Positions 1 through 12,819 of a DNA stretch of 64,000 nt are shown one piece after another. This stretch comes from Geosiphon pyriformis uo1 (taxonomy: Eukaryota; Fungi; Glomeromycota), in assembly GCA_016748015.1 (NCBI GenBank), contig JAAOMT010000289.1:445639-509638 (forward strand). The letters run 5' to 3'. The translations under genes were made by a program, and so were the position numbers. The notes beneath the pieces were generated by a model. It made no database searches. It was given only the letters and a program-made list of their open reading frames with translations, and had not been told where the DNA came from. How positions within the stretch are numbered: the first letter of the stretch is position 1; each line of letters opens with the position of its first letter.

Positions 1-99
1 TCCTACATACTAGTATTACCAGCATTATCAAGATATTAAGCACCAAGTTATGGATTTGTTATTTGATTTAAAATTCCAAATAATCATCTGTAATATTAT

Positions 100-3000
100 A
101 ATACATACTTTAAAGACTTTTTTCTTATTAATAATAAACCAAGTATCAATAAAATGATTAGTTTTTGAATCTTGATTTGGATCTAAGCTTTTTATAATTT
201 GAATTCAAGCTTCTTATGATTTTGGCCATCAACAACTTCAGCTTAAAAACTTTGATAATTGTTTATTTTTTGAATATTTGAACTCACTAAATCAAAGTTT
301 AGAAAACATTTTATTAACTAAGCTTACTACTACTTCTTTTATAATCTTCTATATAGTATCTAAATTATTATAACTTTTTGTACTATTAAATTCAGCTATT
401 TTTTTTGAGAATATGTTTAATAAACACTCTTTAAACTATAATCATTTATTGTTTTTAGTATTTTTAATTCTAAACTTCTATCAATTTCTATTAGTCTGTT
501 TATAATTATTGTTAAGGTAAATACAGTATTTAAAAAACTATTCAAGCCAACTACAACTGAAACTGTCTTGTAATTAGTATTAAAGAATTCAAACACAATG
601 TTAACTTTATGATTAGTAATTGTGAATACCAGATTTTGGTTTACAAGAATAAAATCAATGATGTTCTTAAAGCCTTTGAAATTGCTTTAAGTAGAAGTTT
701 TGGCTAATGAATATCTATTAAACAAGTTAATTAACTCTAGATTTATACAAAATCTGAAACTTGTATTCCTTTTTGAATCATTTTTATTGAAGTTTTTTCT
801 CAATATCATAAAAGTACTGGAGTTAGCTGTCTTGATAATGAAAAAGTTAACTTCCAATGTTTGGTCAAACTTAGCTTTAGCAGAAGTACCAATATACAAA
901 TTTAAGATTATAATTGACAATTTATTTTTGAATAAAAGTTTTATTGAGATAACTTGGCCAGAAATTTTTTCTATCTTAGAAACATATTGAGCCAGTAAAT
1001 TGTTTATAATAATAATAATTTTAGCACTAAGAAAACTTTTATTTAAACCAAATGTAAAAATTTACATATCTTCAAACTTATTTATAATTCATAGTTTAAT
1101 GCTAGACCTTAATTTTGTTTTTATAATAATCAAAACCATATTCTTTAATTCCATATGTCAGCAAATAATATCTTTCTACTTAGCAAAGACATTAATATCT
1201 TGAACATTGTATGTAGCAAATTTCCAAACCAAATTACTTATAGAAATGAAAAAAATATCAAAGAACTTAAGCCAGGATACAACTGATCCAATCTTTCTAA
1301 AACTGAATTAACAGAAACTTTTAGAACCACTATTTTGGATTTTAATTTATTTACTTTAATGGTCAAAATTTTTGATCTACTTAAATCCAAATCTGAAACC
1401 ATATTATTTATAACTAAAAAAAAGTAAATAAATAATACAGATGAGTTATCCAAAACCATATTTAAATTCAATTTTGAATTTAAAAAAACAAACACCATAG
1501 AAAATAAAATTGAAAAATAGATACCAGAGATACCAGATCTACACTGCTTAATTTTTATACAATACCTAACACTTGATCAGCCAAAAGCTCTAAAAAGTAT
1601 TTCAAGGAGGCCAAATAAGTGCTAATAAATAAATTATCTTAAGTAACTATAAGAATTTTTTTTATAGATAATATATCAGAAAAAAGGGATTCAAAACCAA
1701 AACCAGAGCAAGTTTTATCAAAAGAGACAGTAAGTAAAACCATCTGCATCCAAAATTTGTCATCAAAAACAGTAAAATAGAAAATAAAAACATTTTTTTA
1801 GTGTATAATTTAGCTAGCTAAAGACAATTCTCTTTTAATGCAATTTTTTTATATATTTTCTTAGAAAACAAGACACAAACACCTAATATATCACACTCCA
1901 AAACTAAATGTTTGAAATATTTATATCTTTTACAACAAACTAGATTTATCCTAGCCCAAAAAAGCTTAATACTGCCCAAAATAAACTGTGTAAAAAGCTA
2001 ATTCTAATTTTTTTTTTGAATTAAAGCCAACTACTGTACAGCAAACTCTATTGTTATTTTTAAATAATTAATTAATAATATATGTTTTTTTACTAGTCTT
2101 TTTAACAAGAGTATCAAGATTATAAACAATTGTTATCATTGGCAAGATAAAAAAAAGGGCTTTAAATTAGTTCTTAAACATTTAAATATCTTAATCTTCT
2201 ATAGTTTTGGTTATACATACTGAATTTTTCTTGATTAAAAATAAATATTTTAAAGTCAATTAATCTGTTTGAGTTAATTTGGCAAACTCTATCACAGTTT
2301 TTTGTCATATTTCAATAAGTTAGATTTTGATTAATACAATTTGACCAAACTTGAATATTACAGCAATGATTATTTTTTTTAATATATTTATAGAAATTTT
2401 TTTAATTATTACAGCCTGATTTGAGCACACTTTTTGTTTTTTAATATTGTTGTTTATAATAATTTTCTTATTTTTAGCCAATAATATAGCCTTTTTTATA
2501 TATTTTTTATATGTAAATATTAATTAGATAATTTTTTTAAATTTTGAAGAGCTAATAATCTTCTCAAAACTATTGATAGATGAAAATTTTTTTCTAATGA
2601 ATTAAGTTTTTGCCATTGTCAATTTTTTTTTCACAGCTAAAAAATTAATATTTAATATAAAAGATTTTTTTACTGTTACTTTAACCTGAATCTTTACTAT
2701 TTTAGAATCAATTTATCTTTTATTAAGAAAGATATTGAAAGAAGAAAAAAAGAAACTTTTATTTTTATCTATTCTAAAGTCAATTATACCAATAAAAAAG
2801 CCATCATCCAAATCAGTATTAAATCTCTTAGCTTTGAAAATTGTCACAGCTGAACCAAAAAAAGAATCATTACTAGATTTTATTATAATATTACTAATTT
2901 TGTTATTACTGAACTTACTATCTATGTTTAAATATATGTTGTCATTAAAACCAAATTTAACCAAAAAGATTTTTTTTTTATTACCAAAATGTTTAATATT

Positions 3001-3232
3001 ATCTACAGAAATTTTTTTTTTTGAAAAAAAATACTACTAATAAGACCATAAAAAGCCTTTTTGAGCACTTTTTTTTTAAATATATTGCTACTTGAAACAG
3101 TTTTTAGGTGTATTATAAAAGGATTATTAACTTAAGAAATGTTGAAAAAAATATACTTTAGAAAAATAAAAAAAACTTTTTTTTCGAAAAAATGCTTTTT
3201 GGAGAATTTTAAACATAAAAAAAAGAAGTTTT
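100..3232 (-). mobile_element. Heavily decayed 5' portion of a LINE (ORF1 plus APE endonuclease region of ORF2), same family as the 32.4-49.0 kb element
   Basis: ORF 687..920 (LNLYIGTSAKAKFDQ...ILRKNFNKNDSKRN) aligns with 34406..35059 (LSLYAGASLATQFFQ...ILGGNFNKNGSRK). SNLVWKFATYNVQDIN near 1230 matches SNLM*RIATCNVKDIN at 34307. ORF1 remnant VTVKKSFILNIN matches VSVRKSFALDIN. The 5' terminal motif is shared. Confidence 0.85.
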
Positions 3233-4065
3233 TTTTTAATTTAATGTTTTTTTAATTATAAATAAACTTAAATTTGACAATAATAATATTATTATAATTT
3301 AAAATTTAATTAAAATTATAAAAGCATAAAAAATTAATTAATACAATAATAATTTATATAATAATAATTATCAAATAATATTAGCAATAATTATCATATT
3401 ACAATAATAATAAACACAATTTAAAAATATCAAAAATAAAGTATTATTATATATCTTATAAAATTATAAACACATATATATAGTTTTAATATTAAAATTT
3501 CATTATTATAAATATTAAATATTTAAATAAATTTTTAAATTAATTAAAAAAAATAAAAATATAACATTAAAAATTTATTTATCATTATAAATTTATTATA
3601 AAAGTTATTTATTTTTATTTTTAATAAAACTATTATTTATTAATTGAATTTATTAAAAAAATAATCTTTAATTAAAATTATTTATATTATTACTAATTAA
3701 TTAAAAAATTCATAAAAAATACTTAAAATTATTAATATTCTGTGTTTTTAGATTAAAAAAACATTTTAAACAATTATAATAATAATAGATAAATTTTAAA
3801 TTAATTTTTGAAAAAAATATATATTATATACAATAAAAATAAAAAATAAAAAAAATTTACATAATAATTTTAATATAAAACTTTTAATAATATTATATAA
3901 TCAGAAATAAAAAACTTATGAAAGATTAATTATAAATTTAAATTAAGATTATTAATATTAAATATTTTTAAAAAACAATCATATAAATTATAAAAATAAA
4001 AATATAGTAAATTATATACTTAATTTATTAAATAAAAATTCATGTTTTTTATATTATCTAATATT

Positions 4066-6330
4066 TTTTTTTATTATGAATTTAATGAGTATGATCTAAT
4101 TATTATCTAGAAATTAGGACCAAACTAAGTGATTCAAGGCTAAATATGGTTTACGCACTTACTACATATAACCAGCTACTCAAGCCAGTTCAGGCTATAC
4201 TACATTGATGTACCAGAAGAAAACTTATCCAAAAAAGACATTTTTTAAACAATCTCAAATAATGTAGTACTATTATTAATTAATCCAACCAACCACTTAG
4301 CTGTTTTAAAGGCATCAGTCTTTATAGCAGCAGATTCATGTTTCCAAAGAGACATTAAATTAGAAAACATATCATCATCAAAAGATGACAAACTTATATG
4401 AAAGCCAGACATATCAACATCCTCAAAACCACACTCAGTTTTTAGAGTGACCACTTTTCACTCCAACTTATCAACAGCTTTGCTAAAGGTACTCATGTAA
4501 ACCAAAACTTTGTTGACTCTGAGGCCAAGAGCAGAACTTGAAACCAGATTATCATTAACAAATTGTTCAAAAACTTTGACCATAGAGCCAACAGACTTAA
4601 CAATAGATTCAACCAAAACAGAAAGTTTGGCCAAATTAGATTCCAGAAACACCAGCTGAGAAAACACCAAAGAATTTACAACAGCAACAGGAAAAACAGC
4701 AGCCACCAAAGAAAAAAACCCAGAAAAAACAGAGGGAACAAATGCCTTTGCATAAGACAAAGAACCAACAAAATATGGTTTAAACATCTTGGGAGTTTTA
4801 GAAGGGGGAGGTGGAGCAACCTTATAGTCCACGGCCAAGTGGTCTATTTCTTGACATTAAAAACAATGCTAACAACCAGAAGTTTCTTACCAGATATGGC
4901 ACTTTCTTAGTGTACCAGTTTTAATAACAGCAAAGTCCAAATCAGCTTGAGAGTCAAACATAATTAGAGTAAAGTAAAAACAATGACCAAAATTAGAAGA
5001 CTAAGGAATAAAACAAGACTAACCACCAATTTAAGAAACCATATCACTGATTTTAAAGACAGTACAGCCAGAAGAAAGATTGACCAACTTGGTCTTAAAC
5101 CTATTACAAGACACAATTGTTTCTTGTTGATTCACAATAAGAAAAATCCGAATACTATTTTTGCTTACCAAAACTGACCAGTAACTAAGAGCAGATATGA
5201 CAGCAACCAAATTCTCAAAATGAACTATAACATATTGCCAAATGTCAGCAGGCTTTAGTACAACATGAGTAATTACACCAAAAACACTAAGAGCTGTTTT
5301 AATATCAGCAGCAGACACATTCAAAGACACATTATGCAGTGCAACAGCAGTAGAAGAAGAGCCAAACTCAGAAACCACCAAGGACTTGGCAATTTTAAGA
5401 GTGGCCAAATATACAGAGCTTGTAAGCTTAACCAAAATTACAGCTTTCAAAGATACTTGAGAAGCAAACTTCACACAAAACAGCTTTATATTGTCTTTTA
5501 ATACTGACTTTACATCCAGAAAACCATGTACAGACTGAAAAACAGTCTTAACATGAGCCAATTTGATCTTAAAAGTAGTATCAGACACCAAAGTAGAGAC
5601 CACCCACCCAGCAAACCTTTGATGACTAGCAATAGTTTTCCAAGCACCACCAGAAGTAGTACCAGAAACTAGAGGAGAAGATGATTCAGTTTCTATTTGA
5701 TCAGTCCAGTTCTCAAAAACAGATGACCCAATAGAAGAAGATTGTTTTGTTTCTAAAACTGGTGATGATTTATTGGAAAACACCACATTTGGCAACACAG
5801 CCAGTGGTTGATTTAGGCCTATCTTGAATAACGTGTTGAATAATGCTATGGAGATTTCATCTAAGATCTCATTGGAAACCACAAAAGAATTCGATATAAC
5901 AATAGTAGAGGCAAGCAACTGCTCTCACTTTTTTGAACTTTTGGTCTTTTTGACCATTTTTTTTGAAGAGAAGATGCTAGCAGCACCAGATGTAAAAGCT
6001 ATGGAAGGGAAGACCAGCTTGTTAATTAGTCTATTATTAAACACTTTTGGGCTCTTAATAGGGGTGGAGACAACACTAGAACTAACCCAAGTGTGTTTCT
6101 TTAAAGAAACTTTGACTAGTAAAAAACCAGCCAAAGATGAGGAAGTTGTTTCAGTAACCACCAAAGACAGCTTATCATGATTACTGGGTAAAGGAAAGAC
6201 TTCTAAAACGTTTTGCTTAGTTGCTTCTACAACAGAAAAAGCTTCTCTGGTTGAAATTTTATTAGATATTTTAGAACAGATATCAGGTGCAGCTTTTTTA
6301 CTCTTTGTTTTAGTCATGGTCATAAAATTA
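4066..6330 (-). mobile_element. ORF1-only non-autonomous non-LTR retroelement (half-LINE) with 3' tail and poly(A)
   Basis: ORFs 5925..6323, 5031..5918, 4458..4838 and 4245..4454 lie in one frame (6323 to 4200, about 707 codons, broken by in-frame stops). RRM-like segments and a decayed CCHC knuckle (CF*CQEIDHLAVDY) are present. The ORF is followed directly by the LINE-type tail and an A tract. No endonuclease or RT. Confidence 0.8.
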
Positions 6331-8279
6331 AGGAGACAAAAAATATGGTTTTATTTATCTAATATATAATAATAAGATAGTCTTTTAAATAAAATGAATT
6401 ATTGTTTTTTTTAAGTAAATAAATTTTTTTTTTAAAATTATTGTTAATATTTATAATTAAATTTTTTTTTTGTTCTTAAATATTAATAATTTTTTTTTAA
6501 ATATAATATTTTACTTTTTAATTTATATAATTATTAACATAAAATTATAAAATTATAAATAATTAATATATTGTAATAATTAACTAATAAATTTTTTTTA
6601 ATAAATTCTAAATTTCTTTTTTTTTAAAAAAATATTGTATTTTTTTATTTATGTAAAAATTAATAAGTTTAAAAGGTTTTTGAAATATTTGCTAATAACT
6701 TAGATATTATTATTAATATTATTAATTTTGTTTATAATATTACAATTTGTTATAAGTTAAATATTTGGTTTTTAAATATTAAGTTAAAAAAGTTTTATAA
6801 GTTTAATAATTTAATTTTTAACTAATAATTTGATTTTTATTAATGTTAATAGTTTAATATTACATAGTTTAATGTAAATATTCGCAAAATTGGCTTTATT
6901 TATAATATTATAATTAATTTTAATTTAGATTTTACTTTGTTTTTAGCATTTTTAAAGTATAATAATAATAATTTTGCTTTTTATAACATAAATATATAAT
7001 ATAACTTTAATTGGTTTAAATAACTAGTCATATATAAAAAATACATAAGCCATACTTATTTTAAAATCTTTTATAATTATATTATAATAAGTAATAATTA
7101 TAAAATTAATAAAAAAAATTAAAATTAAAAATTAAATTACATAATATTTATTATTATAATAATTTTATAAAGTGGTTGGGCTGCACTTGTAAAACAATTA
7201 ATATAAAAATTTTTTATAAATTTTAGGTAATTTGCTTTTGTAAATTCTAAGTTTGTTATATTTGCTATTTATTATTAATAATACTTTGTTTTTTGTAGTT
7301 TATATTTTATAAAAGCACTAAATATTATAAAAAAATATATTAAATTATAATTTTTAACTTGGTATTGTAAATATTTAAAAAATTTGATGTATTTAAAAGT
7401 TTTTGTAATTAAATATTTTGTATAAAAAACAAAAATTTAAGTTTTAATAATTGGTAATATTTTATGTTTTATTTTTTTAATATAATAATTAGTTTATTTT
7501 GGTGTTTTTTATTTTTTTAATAAGCTATTTAATTATTAATAAGTTAATTTTATAATGTTATAATTAATTAATTTAATTAAATCAAATAATAAAAATAATC
7601 AAAAAAAGTAAAATAAAAATAAAAATTAATATTTTATTAATATTATATTTAAAAATTATTGTTTTAATATATTAAAATTCTTAAATATATACTTTTAATA
7701 TCTGTTGTTTTAATAAATAAAACAACTAAAATAAGTAATTTAATAATTTAATAAATAAATTTATTTTAAATAAAAAATTTGAAGTTTAATTATTAATAAA
7801 ATAGAATTTGCTTTAATAATTAAATATATATATATTTTTTAATATACTATTATATATATATAATTTTTATAATATAAAATATTCTGGTATTTTTAATTAT
7901 TTTTACATTTTTTTTTAAGTTATTCTGATATTTTTAAAATTTTTACAGATATTTTTAAAATTTTTAATATTATATTATTATTTTTTATTTTTAATTATGT
8001 TATATAATACAAATTAATATTTTTCTATTTTTTTTTTAAGTAATAATATATATTTTAGCAAATTACAAATTATTTTAACAAATTATCAAGTATTTTAATA
8101 AACTGTTAAAAATTTTAACAAATTTTTAAATGTTATATAGTTTAAAATATTGCATATAATTATCATATTTAATTATATTAAAAATATTTGATTAATATTA
8201 TATACTAATTGATAATAAAAATTATAAAAATAATTTTATGCTATTTAATAACTCAATTTTTGCTTAATAATACTGTTTT

Positions 8280-8700
8280 AAATGATTTTGATAAAATGAT
8301 TCTTGTTAATTTAAAGTCTGCTGGCTAATGCTACTTTTGCTTGCTGCTTTATGCTGGTAAAAAAACAATGTTAAAATTCTGTCTTTAATTAATCAAAAAA
8401 AAAGATTGTTTTTTATAATGTTTTTAAGACTAAATTAATCTGGTTGCATAACCTTTGAAATTAATGAATTGATTTCTCAGGTTCATGGTTGGACCTGTTT
8501 TATTTTCCATTTTTCTGACTCTGCTAGACAGCTGAAATATGCAATTGTTACTTTTGGTTTTCAAAAAGATCTAAAAACTACAATTGTTAAGACTGATATC
8601 TTGAAGAAGTGTTGTATCTGGTGAAAAACCCTGGTTGTTGATGCTGTTTCAGATGTCAAAACTCAAATCATTTGGCTGCAAATTGCAAAGTGTCTCCCAT
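8280..8700 (+). mobile_element. Fragment of the same ORF1-only family (RRM end plus zinc knuckle)
   Basis: Translates as SGCITFEINELISQVHGWTCFI...KTDILKKCCIW*K..GC*CCFRCQNSNHLAANCKVSP, matching the 4820-5070 region of the half-LINE. Confidence 0.75.
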
Positions 8701-8729
8701 ATCGTTTAACATGTCTGAACATTGTCCTA

Positions 8730-9549
8730 CCTGATCATATTTGGGCAAATTTATCTTCCGCTTGCTACGTGTCGAAGTAGAGTATTGATAAGCTATCTGG
8801 GGCTGGTATGTGCTTCATGAGACGTGTTTGTTGTTTGCAAAGGGGTGCCTGAGTTCTAATGATACAAAATAATAAGTAAGTCAAATAGTAACCTGATCCA
8901 ATATCTGCCTTGTACTTCTAGTGGCAGATGGAGCGTGCATCTTTATCTGCTGCGTAAATTCCTGTTTGACTGCCAACTTTTGTTCAGCCTTTAGAAACAT
9001 CAGCAAGAAATTAACTGGTTATTGCTCGAAAAGATAACAATAAACGAAAAGATGATTTCTACCTTTAGTACATCGATATGGTTCACAGTCATTTTCTCAA
9101 ACCAAAACCTGTCTATGCAACCTGATTTCTTTGAATCAGTCTCGTACAAGATGAGTATAATAAAAGATATATAGTTACCATCACAGAGAGATGAAGATAT
9201 CTGTAACTAATATTAGCAAATTGACTGCAAAATCAGTAAGTTGGCTGCAGCGGAGACAAAGTCCCATGGGTAGCATACAATGACAAACTAATCTGCAGCA
9301 GTCGAGACACTGTAGTTTATAAAGCCTACCTTAAACCGCAGCGCAAGGCCCATTGCATTCCTCTTTTCTCCGTCTGTGCGGTGCTCTCCTATGATCTGTA
9401 ACTGTGTGTTTGAATCTCTTTACTAGATTCTTATCCAAAACGTAGTTGGCAGTTCATGCCTCGAAATATTCTAGCAGATCCCAATTCTCGCAAGGAGCGC
9501 TTAAAAAATACTCAAATCCAGGTCCAGGGCTATCAATGTCATACAACAT
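8730..9549 (-). pseudogene. Multi-exon pseudogene of an unidentified protein family
   Basis: MLYDIDSPGPGFEYFLSAPCENWDLLEYFEA* (probable Trp-to-stop), a frameshift, then GT-AG-bounded exon-like blocks (TDSKKSGCIDRFWFEK...; AEQKLAVKQEFTQQ...). CpGs are retained. It ends at the TE fragment at about 8700. Confidence 0.45.
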
Positions 9550-10057
9550 GATAAGTTACAATCTACAGTGACAAGATGGAAATGTTGCAATGTTAGCTTC
9601 AGCATTATGAAAATGTCGATATCTTAGCGCCAAACAGGCTTGAAAAAAAAGGTGAGATCTACTGTAGGCAGTGTTGGCCTTCAGGAAAATACGCATATAA
9701 CAAACGGGAATAGAGCGTAGTGGGTGCGTGGGTTTAAAGAGTATAACCCACTGCCTGTTTCGCGTTTCGCGTTTGGTTACTTACAGGCAAGACAAAAGAG
9801 AATAATAAAAAGCGCCCATATTTTTGATCATTTCAACAAGTACCTATATATAAGTAATATACAAATGAGACAATATTTAAAATTATAAACTAATTCAGTA
9901 GTGCGACACGCGAAAACGTAGGTTTTCAATTTCAGAATCTACTTGTAACGATGTCGCGTTAAAGAACCACTAAGTCACTACACATGACGTCATATGTTCA
10001 GCCCAAAATCATTATAATCTTCTGAGGAATTTAGCTTTTCCTAAAAACTTTTTTAGC

Positions 10058-12157
10058 ATGTTTAGGGCCTTTCGCTTGCCCTCGAGGACTAGGCTGCAAA
10101 ACCAGTTTATATCATCTACATTTTTTTACACTGGGCAGTTCTCGGTTCAGGGCCATGTTTTTAAAGGGGCAAAGGTACAGTTCGCTTTGAAAGCAATCCT
10201 ACAGGTTTAAGTCGATTGTGTTATCTCATATATTTTAATATTCTCAGAGATATAAGAGTAAGAAGATTAAACAAGCTAATGGAAAAAATAACGAACTCAA
10301 ACTTTCAGCACCTACGCCTTCTTCATTAAATAAAGATTTAATTACGCCACAGAACACACCTGAAGTGAATGGTATAAACATCGATTCTACATTAGAGTCA
10401 AATTCTTCAGTGCCCGAAAACACTCTGGAATCAAAAGCTTTTCAAGATTCGGAAACACAAGCGCAGAATACGGACGGAATCACGGTAATAGAGGAAGAAA
10501 CCTCGACACCAAAAGACTATAAATGGGTCGCCAAACTCTTCATAGCGGTTGTACTTTTGAGTAGTGGGGTCTATGGTGTAGGAGTTTATAAATCAATTCA
10601 TGATGAAAAGTTTCGTGACAAGTTTGAAAAGAACCTCCCAGGAGCAAATAAAATTGTTGAATATGTTGACAATCTGAATAGACAGGGAACTTTTCATAAA
10701 ATCAAAGAACGAACCACAGAGTTGAGTGGAAACGTCACCGATTTCGGAATTAATATTTACACGAATCTGTCTGCTAAAGTTTCAGAACTTTCTAGATTAC
10801 TACAAAAAAAAGTTAAAGGAGAATCACCTGCGGAGATACCTCAAGCTTCTGAAGCACCCGTTTCATCAAATGAACAGGTCTTATTTTCGCAGGATAAAAA
10901 AGACGATGAAATTGATAAGACTTCATCTGATATTGCTCAAAATATTGATAAAGAGATTGAAAAAGCATTTACTTTCTCGCCAAACGAACCGATCCTTAAT
11001 AAACTTCATGAAACAATAAATTTGCTTTCTGAGCTACTTACAAAAGAAGGAATAGCAGATAAAGGCCAAAGTATAATTATAATTGCCACAGAGGATTTGG
11101 AAGAATTAAGAAATCGAATTGAATTTATCAAAGCCGAGGCACCGGCTTTGATACGTGGAGCTTTGGCTGAACAAGAAGTGACATTCAATGCAATTTTGGA
11201 AGATAAAGAAAAGGATTTTACTGAACACATATCTAGTCTAAAGAACGAATTGGGCAAAGAGAGGCAATTCCTTATCCAGGAATTCGAAGCCTACAAGCAG
11301 AAACTTATGGAGCAACACGAGCAATACCTAACCGCAGAATTGTCGCGACAAGCAATTCGACATGCAGAGCAATTGAAGAATGAACTAGTTCGACAAGCAG
11401 TCGCAATGCAAAGGCGATGGATTTGGGAGGTAAATGCTCGAGTTGAGCAGGAACGTGGACGTCGATTAGCACGTCTTGATTATATAAATTCACGTTTAAA
11501 AAAACTGGAGCGCATCAGTTTAGATAACGCTGAACATTTGGACCGCAGTATCAAAGCCCACCGAGTATGGTGCGCATTAAATGCACTAGAGGATGCTGTT
11601 AATCAGCCACATCCTACCCCATTTGTAAATGAAATAACTGCACTCAAAAAGCTATCATTAACTGACGACTTGGTGAGAGTTGTTTTATCGTCCATTGATG
11701 ATGTCGTAGCTACCACAGGCATTGATTCTGTCTCAGATTTAGCAGCGCGGTTTTCAATAGTTCGAGAAGAAGTGCGACGCGCTTCTTTAGCGCCAGAGGA
11801 TGCCGGTTTATTTGCTCACGCACTTTCTCTCATTTTATCGAAGCTCATGTTCCGTAAACATGGACTCGTTCCTGGTGATGATGTTGAGGCCATACTTGCT
11901 CGTGTAGATTATTATCTTAAAGAGCATGATTTAGATAATGCTACCAGACAATTAAATCAGTTGAACGGATGGCCCAAGACAATTGCTCAAGATTGGTTGC
12001 AAGCTGCACGAAATCATTTAGAGGTGCAACAAGCCATACAGGTTTGTGCATTGTAATAATATTGGTAGAAAAGGAACAAGTTACTAAATCAAAAATTGTA
12101 TGTCCTGCTCAGGTAATCGGAATCCAGGCCTTGATATCGAGTTTAGCGGTTCTATAA
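10058..12157 (+). CDS. MIC60: MICOS complex subunit Mic60 / mitofilin (exons 10058-10174, 10248-12041, 12113-12157)
   Basis: Presequence-like N-terminus, TM segment, long coiled coil and a mitofilin domain (GDDVEAILARVDYYLKEHDLDNATRQLNQLNGWPK). The GT-AG introns keep the frame. Confidence 0.93.
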
Positions 12158-12819
12158 AAGAAATCTGATTCGAAATATGGATATTAAAATCTGCCAAATA
12201 AATCGTGCAGGGCAAAAGGAAATTTTGGATTAATTAGTGTGTGTGAACGCCGGGCAAAAACATTCCTATTCTAAAAGTATACATTCGGTTGAAGAACTAA
12301 ATAGGAGTTGTGAGAAGCACTTTTGAATTCGATAAGGTACGTCGCTGTGAATCTCGGTCACATTGACTGACAAACTCTCTTATCAAAGGATTAGTCTAAT
12401 TGTAAGATCACTTGTGTCGCGATCATGAAATACCAGATGGTAAAAAAAATAAAAATAAAAATCCCATGACGGCTGAGGATAACGCAGTCATAATCGCGAT
12501 TGCCAATATAGCCACCAGTTCCTCGTTAACATGTGAAAATTTAACTTGAGATTCAAATTGTTTTCGTCCGCTTGACACAAGAGAAGTTTATAGACTTTTC
12601 TGGTATATAAATCCAATTTTGTGGATTATTGACGGTCCCAGCAGGTCTTAGAATCATGAATTCATCATGGCCTTCAATATTTAGAAATTCCAGATTATGT
12701 TAATTTTAGCCTTTTTTTAAGTATGCCTCCCATATCAACATCCTAATACCTTTTTGAGTAGAGGCAATTCTAACCAGATATAATTTTTTGTTTTTAAAGA
12801 ATTAAGCTTGTTTTTGGGT

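Noticed and set aside
700-6180. Plus-strand ORFs such as 700..990, 2735..3040, 4563..4910 and 5824..6180
   Set aside because: Antisense shadows of minus-strand retroelement ORFs with no protein signature.
9700-9790. Telomerase RNA candidate
   Set aside because: No CTAACCCTAA-type template on either strand.
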